DNA of 64,000 nt from contig CP011213.1 in the NCBI GenBank assembly GCA_001029735.1, positions 396,613-460,612 on the forward strand, in the 5' to 3' direction. The stretch is from Berkelbacteria bacterium GW2011_GWE1_39_12. GTDB lineage: Bacteria; Patescibacteriota; UBA1384; UBA12157. Each line of letters starts with the position of its first letter. Position 1 is the first letter of the stretch. The notes below the pieces were generated by a model. It saw nothing but the letters and a program-made list of their open reading frames with translations. It was not told the origin of the DNA and did no database searches. The position numbers were made by a program, and so were the translations under genes. Positions 49,987-59,558 of the stretch are shown in pieces.

Positions 49987-50922
49987 ATGAAATCCTTATT
50001 ACAAACTAAAGCATGGGCTGATTTTCGTGTTACTCAGGGTTGGCAGGCCGACAATGTCGATGGTGTTTTTGTGCTGTCGCGCGACTTGTTTTTAGGTAAA
50101 ACATTTCTATACTCACCTGAAGTGAATTTTTCTGAAATTAAAAATATTGAAAATTTTGTAGAAAATATTAAAAAAATTGCCAATCCGCCAGCTGGCGGAA
50201 AAAACTCCATATTTTTTAGGTTGGAAATCTTAGAAGAAAAAGATATAAAAATTATTGAAAAATTAAAGGAAAATGGCTTTATTAAAGCTTTTGAAGAAGT
50301 TCAACCAGAATGCCGGCAGGTAATTGATATTTCCGGAACCGAGGAAGAAATCTTTTCCGCAATGAAAGAAAAGGGTCGCTATAACACGCGTATTGCTCAA
50401 AAGAAGGGTGTTACGGTTGAATCAAGTAGTAACGTCGATGAATTTTACCGTTTGTTTAAAGAGACGGCTGATCGTGATGGTTTTTCGATTCGGCCAAAAA
50501 GTTATTTCCAAAAGTTGCTTGACAATCTCGGCGTTAACGGGTACGCTGAGCTACTGGAAGCTAGGTTTGAAGGTAAAGTAATTGCGGCTGAAATAGTTAC
50601 GTATTTTGATGAAACAGCTAGTTATCTTTATGGTGCTTCAGGTAATGAATTTCGCAATGTGATGGCTCCCTATCTCATTCACTTTGAAGCCATGAAAAAA
50701 GCCAAAGCCAAGGGCTGCAAATATTACGATTTGCTGGCAGTCGCTCCCGAAGGTGTCGAGCATTCTGTCCTGGCGGCAGACGTTCACAAATATGCTGGCA
50801 TTTCCAGATTCAAAAGACAATTCGGTGGTCGCACGGTGGAAATAACCGGCGGCTATGATTTTGTTTTTCAACCTTTTTGGTATAAATTATTTAAATTTTT
50901 AGAAAAAATTAGAAGAAAGTAA
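49987..50922 (+). CDS. FemABX/MurM-family peptidoglycan bridge peptidyltransferase
   Basis: LLQT..WA.FR, K.RYN.R.A.KKGV, YLYGAS, G..RFK..FGG. Confidence 0.92.
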   Translation: MKSLLQTKAWADFRVTQGWQADNVDGVFVLSRDLFLGKTFLYSPEVNFSEIKNIENFVENIKKIANPPAGGKNSIFFRLEILEEKDIKIIEKLKENGFIKAFEEVQPECRQVIDISGTEEEIFSAMKEKGRYNTRIAQKKGVTVESSSNVDEFYRLFKETADRDGFSIRPKSYFQKLLDNLGVNGYAELLEARFEGKVIAAEIVTYFDETASYLYGASGNEFRNVMAPYLIHFEAMKKAKAKGCKYYDLLAVAPEGVEHSVLAADVHKYAGISRFKRQFGGRTVEITGGYDFVFQPFWYKLFKFLEKIRRK

Positions 50923-52235
50923 TGAAAGATCAACTACGTAAAATTTTACCGCCGTCGGTCATTCTTTGGTCGCATAAACTCCGAGGTATGCTGGCCGCTG
51001 CTATTTATGGCAATCCGGCTCAAAACCTGAAAATTATTGGTGTTACTGGAACTAACGGTAAAACTACAACCTGCAACATGATTGCCAAAATTTTGGAAAA
51101 AGCCAATTACAATGTTGGATTGGCTTCAACCATTAACTATAAGATTGGCGACAAGGAATGGGATAATAAGACAAAGATGACCAATGTCTCGCCTTTTGGT
51201 TTGCAGAAATTTCTAAAAGAATGTGTTAAGGCCGGTTGCCATTGGGTTGTTTTGGAAACAAGCTCTCATGGAATTGCCCAGTATAGAAATTACGGCATTG
51301 ATTATGATGTCGCGGTCCTCACCAACGTCACTCATGACCATTTAGATTATCACAAGACGTTTGAAGAATACCGCAATGTTAAGGGTAGAATGTTTTCTTC
51401 TGGTAATTCGATAAATATTATCAACGCTGATGACATGAAAACGGCAAAATATTTTTATGATTTACCGAGTCGAAAAACCTATACTTATGGCACGGATCAG
51501 CCAGAAAACGGTCATATTACTAAACCAGAAATTTTGGGCAAAAAAATATTGCTTGAGCCTTCGAGTTCTTTGGTTAGTGTTGTGACTCCGATTGGTCAAG
51601 TCGCTTACGAACTAAAATTGCCTGGCATGTTTAATATCTATAATGCTTTGGCAGCGACGGCCGTTGCAGTGGCCTTAAATATCCACCTGAGCGTCTGTAA
51701 GCAAGCTTTAGAGTCAATCGAAAGTATCCCCGGACGCATGGAAAAAGTCGACGTTGGACAGTCTTTTACGGTCTTAGTTGATTACGCCCATACGCCGGAT
51801 GCTTTGGAAAAGATCTTTCAAACCTTGCAGATGGCCAAGCGGGCAAGAATCATTTCCGTCCTTGGTTCTTGCGGCGATAGAGACAAAACCAAGCGCCCAA
51901 TTTTAGGAGCGCTGGCAGGAAGGTTTGCTGACGTTGTTATCGTAACCAATGAAGATCCTTACACAGAAGACGCTTCCAAGATTATTGAAGAAGTCGCTTC
52001 CGGTGTGCCGCGTGGCGCCGACCCTAAAAAACCGAAAGTTTCAGGAGAAAATTTCTTTAAAATTTATGATCGCAAAAAAGCTATCGCTAAAGCAATTAAT
52101 ATGGCTTATAAAGACGATATTGTTCTAATAACTGGCAAAGGTGCCGAGGAATGTATGGTTGTTGGTAATGAAAAAATCCCTTGGTCGGATAGAAAAATCA
52201 CTAAAGAACTCTTACTCAAACGTATTAACGGCTAA
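50922..52235 (+). CDS. murE: UDP-MurNAc-tripeptide synthetase MurE
   Basis: GVTGTNGKTT, ETSSHG, HDHLDYH, PGRME, DYAHTPDA, GDRDKTKR. Confidence 0.95.
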   Translation: MKDQLRKILPPSVILWSHKLRGMLAAAIYGNPAQNLKIIGVTGTNGKTTTCNMIAKILEKANYNVGLASTINYKIGDKEWDNKTKMTNVSPFGLQKFLKECVKAGCHWVVLETSSHGIAQYRNYGIDYDVAVLTNVTHDHLDYHKTFEEYRNVKGRMFSSGNSINIINADDMKTAKYFYDLPSRKTYTYGTDQPENGHITKPEILGKKILLEPSSSLVSVVTPIGQVAYELKLPGMFNIYNALAATAVAVALNIHLSVCKQALESIESIPGRMEKVDVGQSFTVLVDYAHTPDALEKIFQTLQMAKRARIISVLGSCGDRDKTKRPILGALAGRFADVVIVTNEDPYTEDASKIIEEVASGVPRGADPKKPKVSGENFFKIYDRKKAIAKAINMAYKDDIVLITGKGAEECMVVGNEKIPWSDRKITKELLLKRING

Positions 52236-52303
52236 GTCTATCTTAATCTGATTTATTCTGATATGATGACCTCGAAAGAGACACGAGTCTGGGGGGGTGT
52301 ATT

Positions 52304-53695
52304 TTGAAAATCGAAAAAATCGCACTAGTAGAGCCAGTTGGCGTAGACTGGTTCAATATTTACGCCCTGACCCGGATGCCGAGAGGTATTCCGCTCTTGG
52401 CGGCAATCTTGCGGCAAACTGGCTATCAGGTCGATTGTTATGTTGGATCGATCAAGAAGATCAAACTGAAAGATTTGATGCAATATGATGTCATCGGGTT
52501 TAGTGCGATCAGTTGCACAATTTACCCCACTCATGACATGATCCGTAAACTTATCGACATGGGATTTGTCGGCAAGATCATTGTTGGCGGACCACATGCT
52601 ACTGTTTTACCTGCGGAATCAATAATCACAGGAGCCGATGTAGTTGTCCGGAACGAAGGTGACAAAGCCTTACTAGAAGTGATCGCTGCTTTCGAATCAG
52701 GATCTGATCTTGGTAAAATCGCAGGTATTCACTGGTGGGACGGTGAAACGATTCGATCTACACCGAATCGGCCGTTTCTGACCGAGCAAGAATTGTCTGA
52801 ACTACCATTTCCAGCGTTGGACAGTATTGTCGGCCTGGAACGCATGAATCTTGTACCAATCACATTCAGTCGCGGCTGTCCTTATCAATGTGAATTTTGT
52901 GGCGTAGCCGGCATGTATGGCTCAAGATATCGTTGTACAACCGTCGAATGGCGTGTGGCTCAAGTCCGAAATCTCAAAGAGAATTACCCGGAGATATGGG
53001 CAACGACAGCCATTTTCTTTACCGATGATAATCTTTTCGGTACTCCTAGGAGCCGAGAAGTTACCATCGAATTCCTCAACCGGCTGGTTGCAGAGGATTT
53101 GGTCCCTCCAATGGGCTTTGTCTGTCAGATAAGAGTAGCTGATGCAACTCCTGAAATTGCGGCTCTTTTCAAAAAGGCAAATTGTTGTTTAGTTTGTATG
53201 GGCATCGAATCAGCGGACGATAAAGCCCTGAAGCTTCTCAACAAAGAACAGACGGCTGAAGATATTAGAGTCGGTCTCGCCAATCTTCACGCCGAGGGTT
53301 TGAATACCTTGGCGATGACGATCGCTGGAACGGATGAAGATACATTTTGGTCTTTCTGGCGTAGTATTCGGCAGCTGACTAAATGGGGAATTACTTATCT
53401 CCAAGTTCTGAATCTAGTCCCCTTGGTTGGCACGCCGATGACCAAACGTTTCATGGCTGAAGGCCGGAAGTGTTGTGAGAACTATGATCGTCACAATGGT
53501 ATGCACGTGACAATCAAGCCTAAGAAGATGAGCCGATTTGGCGTTTGGGCCTCGCTCTATCTTGTCTGCTTCGGCTGGTTCTATGGACGATTGTTACTGA
53601 AGCCGAGCTTCAAATACCGCAAGTTGATATGGGTTGGTGCTCTTCAGGAATTGAAGCGTCCATGGGAGATTATCAGAAATAGATTCAGGCGATAG
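52304..53695 (+). CDS. B12-binding-domain radical SAM protein
   Basis: VGGPHAT, EGD, SRGCPYQCEFC, FTDDN, GIES. Confidence 0.9.
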   Translation: MKIEKIALVEPVGVDWFNIYALTRMPRGIPLLAAILRQTGYQVDCYVGSIKKIKLKDLMQYDVIGFSAISCTIYPTHDMIRKLIDMGFVGKIIVGGPHATVLPAESIITGADVVVRNEGDKALLEVIAAFESGSDLGKIAGIHWWDGETIRSTPNRPFLTEQELSELPFPALDSIVGLERMNLVPITFSRGCPYQCEFCGVAGMYGSRYRCTTVEWRVAQVRNLKENYPEIWATTAIFFTDDNLFGTPRSREVTIEFLNRLVAEDLVPPMGFVCQIRVADATPEIAALFKKANCCLVCMGIESADDKALKLLNKEQTAEDIRVGLANLHAEGLNTLAMTIAGTDEDTFWSFWRSIRQLTKWGITYLQVLNLVPLVGTPMTKRFMAEGRKCCENYDRHNGMHVTIKPKKMSRFGVWASLYLVCFGWFYGRLLLKPSFKYRKLIWVGALQELKRPWEIIRNRFRR

Positions 53696-53716
53696 CGTCG
53701 AGAGGGGGTTTACGAA

Positions 53717-54031
53717 ATGTCTCTACCGGAAATAACACCAGAACAACTTGCCAAGGCATATATCTTGGCACATCCTGCGAGAGTCATGATCATCCAATAT
53801 TTAAGGTCGAAAGGTGAATCCTATACGGCCAAGATTGCGGCTGAGACTGGGCTCAAAGAACATGTTGTCGCTTTTCATCTCTCTGTGCTTTTCGAGCATG
53901 AGTTTGTGACAAGAAGGTATGGCCCGTCTGAAAAGCCTATCAGAATTGTCTGCATCTTCAAGCTCGAAAGTGAAAAAGTCGTCGAGGCGTTTACGCCGTT
54001 GTATCTAATGCTGACGGCAAAACGTTCATAA
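53717..54031 (+). CDS. ArsR-family winged-helix regulator
   Basis: LAHPAR..I...L, IA...GL....V.FHL..L. Confidence 0.75.
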   Translation: MSLPEITPEQLAKAYILAHPARVMIIQYLRSKGESYTAKIAAETGLKEHVVAFHLSVLFEHEFVTRRYGPSEKPIRIVCIFKLESEKVVEAFTPLYLMLTAKRS

Positions 54032-54142
54032 CTATCAAGGTTGGTAAAACCCATATGGGTGATAAGCCAGCCTTTTTTATTTGACAAATATTTTTTTATG
54101 AACTTATAGTTGACTAGGAATGAATATCAGAAGGGGGAAAAT

Positions 54143-54964
54143 ATGTTTTCATATGTTGTTCAGCTGATTATCATCCTGGCAGTGTTTTTTGTGGCAACCA
54201 AGATTGATTTTGGGATCAACCACAGATCCGAAAAGGAAAAGCCGTCGGTTGGCCGTTTGGTTTACTGGATCGTCATCATCTTTTTAGTATTTACACTCCT
54301 TTTGACAATGTCGATCTATATCTTAACCCACCATGTTAGTTTCCTTCCCTCGGTTTTAATGGTAACAAACTGGTTGATCACTTATTTCCTTTTCAAGTTC
54401 GGATTAACTGTCTTAAAGCCAGGATGGCGACCGATTGTAGCGATATTATCGGCGTCACTGATTCTAGCCATGGAGTTAAGATTTCCGCATCACTGGCTGA
54501 TGATAAATCTTTCGTCGGCCATAATGTGCGCATTCTTTCTTGTTTTCTTCAAGAGAATTAGCTTCTGGCAAACTATTGTTATCGCTATTGGCTGTACCGC
54601 TTACGATGTTTGGGCAGTGTGGGGTACTCAACAAATGTTGACGCTTTCCAAATATAGCCAGGGTTTGCAAACGGCAATCTCGGTGCCAACCGGCGCAAAC
54701 TCGCTGTTTCAGCTAGGTGCCGGCGACATTATTTTTCCAGGCTTGGCTGTCATGATGGCGATAAACTTCGCCAGAAAGGTTCAGAAGCCACTTCTTGCCT
54801 ATGCTGCGCTTACAGGTTATGCAATCGGTTACTTTTTAACGGTTTTGGCCGTAATAATAACCGGCAATCCACAACCGGCAACAATCTATCTGTTCCCTTC
54901 GATTTTCGCTCTCTTCCTGCTAGCCGCAAGGAGAGAAAACGTATTGAGATCTATTTGGCCTTAA
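54143..54964 (+). CDS. Presenilin/signal-peptide-peptidase-type (A22) intramembrane aspartyl protease
   Basis: Polytopic; AYDVWAV, LGAGDII.PG, QPATIYL. Confidence 0.8.
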   Translation: MFSYVVQLIIILAVFFVATKIDFGINHRSEKEKPSVGRLVYWIVIIFLVFTLLLTMSIYILTHHVSFLPSVLMVTNWLITYFLFKFGLTVLKPGWRPIVAILSASLILAMELRFPHHWLMINLSSAIMCAFFLVFFKRISFWQTIVIAIGCTAYDVWAVWGTQQMLTLSKYSQGLQTAISVPTGANSLFQLGAGDIIFPGLAVMMAINFARKVQKPLLAYAALTGYAIGYFLTVLAVIITGNPQPATIYLFPSIFALFLLAARRENVLRSIWP

Positions 54965-55002
54965 CGAGATAGCCTGCGAAAGCAGGCTTTTTTAAACATA
55001 TA

Positions 55003-55032
55003 AAAACCCCAGGAATTTATCCCTGGGGTTTT
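55003..55032. terminator. Terminator hairpin closing TrmB locus 4 cargo array
   Basis: AAAACCCCAGG..CCTGGGGTTTT. Confidence 0.8.
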
Positions 55033-55043
55033 ATTAGAAAGAG

Positions 55044-55472
55044 TTAGCCGAGTACTCTGACTAGGCTAACAAGAAGTCGAACAGATGGATCGTACTCCAT
55101 TTGTTCGGGAGGGCAATCAGAATTGAAAAACTTCGACTCCAGATATGCAATGACCGCCTCCTTCTCGTCTGGAGAAATCTGCTTGCGCATCAAGAAGTAG
55201 TCGTTGATGATGCGTCGTTCGAGTTTTGACGTCCAGAAGATCGAGAAGATACTGAGGATTCCACCTGTCCCAACGATTGTGAATGCAACCGCTGCACTTA
55301 CTAGATGAGCGATTGTTAAGGATTGGGCGACTACAAGTGAAACCATAAGCGTGCCGACGGTTATATTTGGGAACAGGCTTGATACTGTCTGCTGGTGTTT
55401 CCGGTAAACCTTCTCGGCATCTGGTGAAATCGTCTTAATATCTTTTAGTAGAGCTTCCTGATTAACTTTCAT
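55044..55472 (-). CDS. Hypothetical two-TM protein (cargo of TrmB locus 4)
   Basis: AAGGAG RBS, preceded by bulged hairpin at 55496-55535. Confidence 0.72.
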   Translation of the reverse strand: MKVNQEALLKDIKTISPDAEKVYRKHQQTVSSLFPNITVGTLMVSLVVAQSLTIAHLVSAAVAFTIVGTGGILSIFSIFWTSKLERRIINDYFLMRKQISPDEKEAVIAYLESKFFNSDCPPEQMEYDPSVRLLVSLVRVLG

Positions 55473-55562
55473 TTCTGTCTCCTTAAGAATTTATTTTCAC
55501 CGCTTGAAACTCTTTAAAAGGAGTCTCGAGGGTAAGCCCCAGGAGCAAATCCTGGGGCGAAA

Positions 55563-55853
55563 TTAAGGTATGCAGATAATATCGTCAGGAATTAACCTGT
55601 CGAGAAAGCTTGCATATCCTTTTGCCAGCCAGTCACCTTCTTTGCCAAGTTTCAGGCTAGCAAGATGAAAGATAGTTGTTCCGATCAATATAATCGAAGC
55701 AATGGCCCATACTGCCGAATGATGTTCTAGAAACATAGCGACGGTGAAAACCGTCACAAAGCTTCCCACCCATTCAGGGCAGATCAGCCATACAATCGGG
55801 AAATACAGTACTACCTTTACTATTCTTTTCAATGTTATTAAGAAGGATCTCAT
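55563..55853 (-). CDS. Hypothetical small membrane protein (cargo of TrmB locus 4)
   Basis: GGAG RBS, preceded by bulged hairpin at 55874-55914. Confidence 0.7.
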   Translation of the reverse strand: MRSFLITLKRIVKVVLYFPIVWLICPEWVGSFVTVFTVAMFLEHHSAVWAIASIILIGTTIFHLASLKLGKEGDWLAKGYASFLDRLIPDDIICIP

Positions 55854-55873
55854 CTGTTATCTCCACAGTGTAT

Positions 55874-56144
55874 TTCACCGCTTCAAATCCTTTGAAAGGG
55901 ATCTGAAGGGTGAACCCCTGAACCTGTTATCAGGTAAGGGGCTAACCTGGCATCCACCAGGTTCGGACAACTTATTAAGGTTCAAACCTGTAAATCCTTA
56001 TCTTGACTACCTATTGTAACACAATATTAGCCATTTGTCAAGTATTAGTGACGATAATTGATCATTATATAATTCTTTATATTTATCATATTGACAAGGT
56101 AAATTAGGCATTGTATACTGTATATAGTCGTAGATTAGTGACGA
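55874..56144 (-). promoter_or_regulatory. Promoter, paired operator and leader of TrmB locus 4
   Basis: Minus strand TTGACA 56041-56036, TACAAT 56018-56013, AAGATAAGGA 56004-55995, GAACCTTAATAA 55983-55972; repeat GTC-N4-ATTAGTGACGA ending at 56054 and 56144. Confidence 0.72.
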
Positions 56145-56153
56145 AAGGACTGT

Positions 56154-56882
56154 ATGGACATCAATTCAACCTTAAAAGACCTCGGTTTAGACGAAAAAGA
56201 GATCAATATTTACCTAGCTACCTTGGAACTGGGCGAATCCACGGTTTTGCCGATTGCCAAAAAAGCCGGTTTAAAACGAACCTATTGTTACGATATCTTA
56301 TCCTCTCTTCAGCAAAAGGGCCTGGTTTACTATCAGGAGAAAAACAATCGCCGCCGCTATATTGCCGAAGATCCGAAAAAATTAGAAGAAATTGCTAAAA
56401 ATCGTTTAAGAAATTTAGCCAGTATTTTACCTGAATTAAAATCTCTCTATAATCGCTCTGCTTCCAAGCCAAAAGTCCGTTTTTACGAAGGTAAAAGTGG
56501 TTTAATTGAGGTCTATGAAATGTTTGCTAAGGCTAAATCATTTGATGCGATCGCCTCGCCAAACCATATAACCGAAAATTTAGGCGATTATTTTAAGAGC
56601 TTTGCCGACAGAGTAATTATGAAGAAACTGAAAATCAGAGAACTCGTAACTGGCGATGGCCAAGATATCGAGTACGTCAAAAAATACAAAAAACCTTTTC
56701 AAGAAGCGAGAATATTACCACAAGGAGTCGTTCTCGACACAGATATTGTGATTTTTGAAGATAATTTAGCTTTAATTTCTTATGAAAAAGACGTGCATGC
56801 CGTTTTATTGCAAAACTCCTCAATCGTAAAAACCCATAAGGTTTTATTTGAACTTTTATGGAGTAATGCAAGAAAGCTCTAA
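56154..56882 (+). CDS. TrmB-family transcriptional regulator (copy 4)
   Basis: LGLDEKEINIYLATLELG..IAKKAGLKRTYCY; KPKVRFYEG; IFEDNLALI. Confidence 0.9.
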   Translation: MDINSTLKDLGLDEKEINIYLATLELGESTVLPIAKKAGLKRTYCYDILSSLQQKGLVYYQEKNNRRRYIAEDPKKLEEIAKNRLRNLASILPELKSLYNRSASKPKVRFYEGKSGLIEVYEMFAKAKSFDAIASPNHITENLGDYFKSFADRVIMKKLKIRELVTGDGQDIEYVKKYKKPFQEARILPQGVVLDTDIVIFEDNLALISYEKDVHAVLLQNSSIVKTHKVLFELLWSNARKL

Positions 56883-56921
56883 CCCTTTATCTATTTAATA
56901 AACCTGGTAGAATATGAATAT

Positions 56922-57830
56922 ATGATCAAGAACAGATTTGTTTTAATTGATGCTTTTGCCCTAATTTTCAGAGCATATTATGCTTTACCGCCTTCAATGA
57001 CTTCAGATGGACACCCGGTTCAGGCGGCTTACGGGTTCACTTCCGCTCTTCTTTCCGCTATCAGAACCTTGGAGCCGGAATATTTGGCTGTCGGCATGGA
57101 CTTACCTAAACCAACCAAGCGTCACGCTGATTTTGTCGAATACAAAGCCCACCGAGCGGCGGCTCCTGAGGATCTTTCGGCTCAAATACCATATGTGAGG
57201 GACGTTTTAAAAACTATGAATGTTCCCTGTTTTGCTGTAGAAGGCTACGAGGGTGAAGATGTTTTAGCGACAATTGTTGCCAAAACCAAGCCTCAACTTC
57301 CTGATGAAAAGTTCGAATTTATATATGTGACAGGCGATATGGATCTGTTGCAATTGATTGACGAACAATCCAAAGTTTATTCGATGGCCAGGGGAGTTAC
57401 GCTCGCGCAAATGTACGATATCGCGAAGGTAAAAGAACGATATGGTTTGAAACCTTCGCAATTTGTTGATTTCAAAGCTTTAAAAGGCGACGCTTCAGAC
57501 AATATTCCAGGAGTGCCGGGAATAGGCGAGAAAACGGCATCAAAACTTATTATAGAAAATGGAAGTTTAGATAAAATTTATGAAAATATTGAACTAATTA
57601 GTGGAAAAGTTCATACCTTATTAAAAGAGAACAAGGAACAGGCATATTTAAGTCAAAAATTAAGCAAAATTGTTGACGATGCCCCACTCGAGTTCAAACT
57701 TTCTGATGCTAAGATTCATCATTACGATCAGAAAAACACTATTGCTCTATTTAACAGGTTGGGTTTCAAATCCTTAATTGCCAGGTTGCCAAAGGAAGAA
57801 AAGCCTGAACCTCAACCGAAATTATTTTGA
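56922..57830 (+). CDS. Stand-alone 5'-3' exonuclease (PolA N-terminal/FEN domain)
   Basis: LIDA..LIFRAYYA, YKA.R, EGED, GD.DL.QL, GDASDNIPGVPGIGEKTA; no polymerase domain. Confidence 0.92.
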   Translation: MIKNRFVLIDAFALIFRAYYALPPSMTSDGHPVQAAYGFTSALLSAIRTLEPEYLAVGMDLPKPTKRHADFVEYKAHRAAAPEDLSAQIPYVRDVLKTMNVPCFAVEGYEGEDVLATIVAKTKPQLPDEKFEFIYVTGDMDLLQLIDEQSKVYSMARGVTLAQMYDIAKVKERYGLKPSQFVDFKALKGDASDNIPGVPGIGEKTASKLIIENGSLDKIYENIELISGKVHTLLKENKEQAYLSQKLSKIVDDAPLEFKLSDAKIHHYDQKNTIALFNRLGFKSLIARLPKEEKPEPQPKLF

Positions 57831-57888
57831 TTTAAAAACCCACGATTTCTCGTGGGTGCACTGATCTCCTCCTTGATACGTTTCTTTC

Positions 57889-58932
57889 CTATAGACGGAA
57901 TAGAATCGCTGACAAGGTAAGTCCGGCTCCGAACCCAACCATGATTCCGTAGTCCCCGACGGTGATTGCGCCAGAATCCTTGGCTTCGCTAAGCGCAATG
58001 GGAATGGACGCTGATGAGGTGTTACCGTAAAACTCCACATTCATGAAGATCTTTTCTTCTGGTATGCCCAAGCTTCTAGCAATTGGCTTACGGATTCTAC
58101 CGTTTGCTTGGTGCGGCAGAATCAGGCCGACATCCGAAAGGCGAATCACATGCTGAAATTGTTGTGTCCAGCCAGGCTCATTTGCCTTAATAATCGTTTC
58201 GAGTATCAGATTAGGGATTTCCGATAGAACGAATTCATGAATTTTCGTTCCCTCCATCCACGCGTCCATTAGGACGTCGTCTGACCATGTATGCGTGCCA
58301 AGTCGCCGACTTACTGCCATCTGAGCCATTTCAGGAATGGATTTGGCGATAGAGCAGATAATCCCGGTTTCTTCATTCGTGTCTATCTTCTCTAGAAGTA
58401 CACAGCCGGCGCCGTCGCCCCAGATATCCCAGTTTATTGTTGTAGTACTGGCAAGTCGGGAGCCAATGGCGTCTGCTCCGATAACCAATCCATAACGGTA
58501 TTTCTTCTCGTCGAGAAGTCTGGATTTGACCACGTTCATACCATATATTGCGCTTGTGCACGCCGCTAAGATATCAAAGGCCTCAATATTAGGGCCTCCA
58601 ACCTTTTCTAGAATCGTGCAAGCGGTCGATGGAAACGCGGTTTCCGGGGTCGATGTGCCGACACACAGTATGTCGATATCGTCCCAGTCTAAGCCAGCCT
58701 TTCTCAAAGTGTCTTCTGCAGCTAGTCTTCCCATATCTGAAATATTCTGGTCAGCCGCCATACGGCGTCTTTCTTTTATACCTATAGTTTTGAAGATTAT
58801 CTCTTCGGTTAGGGGCTTATGGCTGCTTGTTTCTGTGACACCATTTTCCGCCAAAGTTCTCAAAGCTTCTTCATTGTTTAGAACACAAGGCGGTAAATGC
58901 TTGCCCGCTTCCGCGATTCTCACTCTTTCCAT
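57889..58932 (-). CDS. fabH: 3-oxoacyl-ACP synthase III (FabH-like)
   Basis: GI.ERR, AACT (Cys), GDGAG, PHQAN (His), YGNTSSASIP (Asn), GFGAGLT. Confidence 0.92.
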   Translation of the reverse strand: MERVRIAEAGKHLPPCVLNNEEALRTLAENGVTETSSHKPLTEEIIFKTIGIKERRRMAADQNISDMGRLAAEDTLRKAGLDWDDIDILCVGTSTPETAFPSTACTILEKVGGPNIEAFDILAACTSAIYGMNVVKSRLLDEKKYRYGLVIGADAIGSRLASTTTINWDIWGDGAGCVLLEKIDTNEETGIICSIAKSIPEMAQMAVSRRLGTHTWSDDVLMDAWMEGTKIHEFVLSEIPNLILETIIKANEPGWTQQFQHVIRLSDVGLILPHQANGRIRKPIARSLGIPEEKIFMNVEFYGNTSSASIPIALSEAKDSGAITVGDYGIMVGFGAGLTLSAILFRL

Positions 58933-59052
58933 CTGTTATCTCCTGGTTGTCAAGATTGCGCTGAATACCCGCATAATACCCCTATTTCCTTCAGTTGTCA
59001 ATTAAAAAACCCTTCGATATTAGGCGAAGGGTTGATAACAATCTCTGGCGTG

Positions 59053-59478
59053 TTATTGAGTCTTGGTCAGAGTGAACGTGAACTTCATGTCGGCGACTTC
59101 TTGATCGTCGTCGTAAATTTTGCATTCGGCCTTGCCGGCCGTAGAGCGCAATCTTACGATCTCTGATTCAATCCTTAGTACTGCACCTGGCCTGATAGGG
59201 CGACGGACGCGGAATCGCTCAATTCCAGAGAGCGATGGTAATAGTCCACGCAGTTCTTTACGTCGGACAGCGATTTGACCTGCTGACTGAGCCATAGCTT
59301 CGATCAGGAAGATGGCAGGGCATATCAAATTGCCGGGAAAATGATCTTGAGCGGCGAGAATTTCTCGACCAGTGTAGGTGAACTCGGTTGTGATCACCTG
59401 ACTTTCCGTTATTCCCAGGATTTTTGAAATCATCCTGAAGAAAGGTCCATGGGCTAGAATAACTTTTAATCTCTGCAT
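59053..59478 (-). CDS. fabZ: 3-hydroxyacyl-ACP dehydratase FabZ-like
   Basis: L.H...F, HFPG..I.P...LIEAMAQ, V.RP.RPG..L. Confidence 0.85.
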   Translation of the reverse strand: MQRLKVILAHGPFFRMISKILGITESQVITTEFTYTGREILAAQDHFPGNLICPAIFLIEAMAQSAGQIAVRRKELRGLLPSLSGIERFRVRRPIRPGAVLRIESEIVRLRSTAGKAECKIYDDDQEVADMKFTFTLTKTQ

Positions 59479-59558
59479 TGCAACCTCCTGCTTTCAGTTG
59501 TTGGCAAGCCAACTCAATATGATACTATAATGATAGATAGAAATCAACCGAGGATGAA

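Noticed and set aside
45128-57830. ValS lacking the C-terminal coiled coil and PolA lacking a polymerase domain as pseudogenes
   Set aside because: Both end cleanly with intact catalytic motifs; short ValS and stand-alone 5'-3' exonucleases are known forms.
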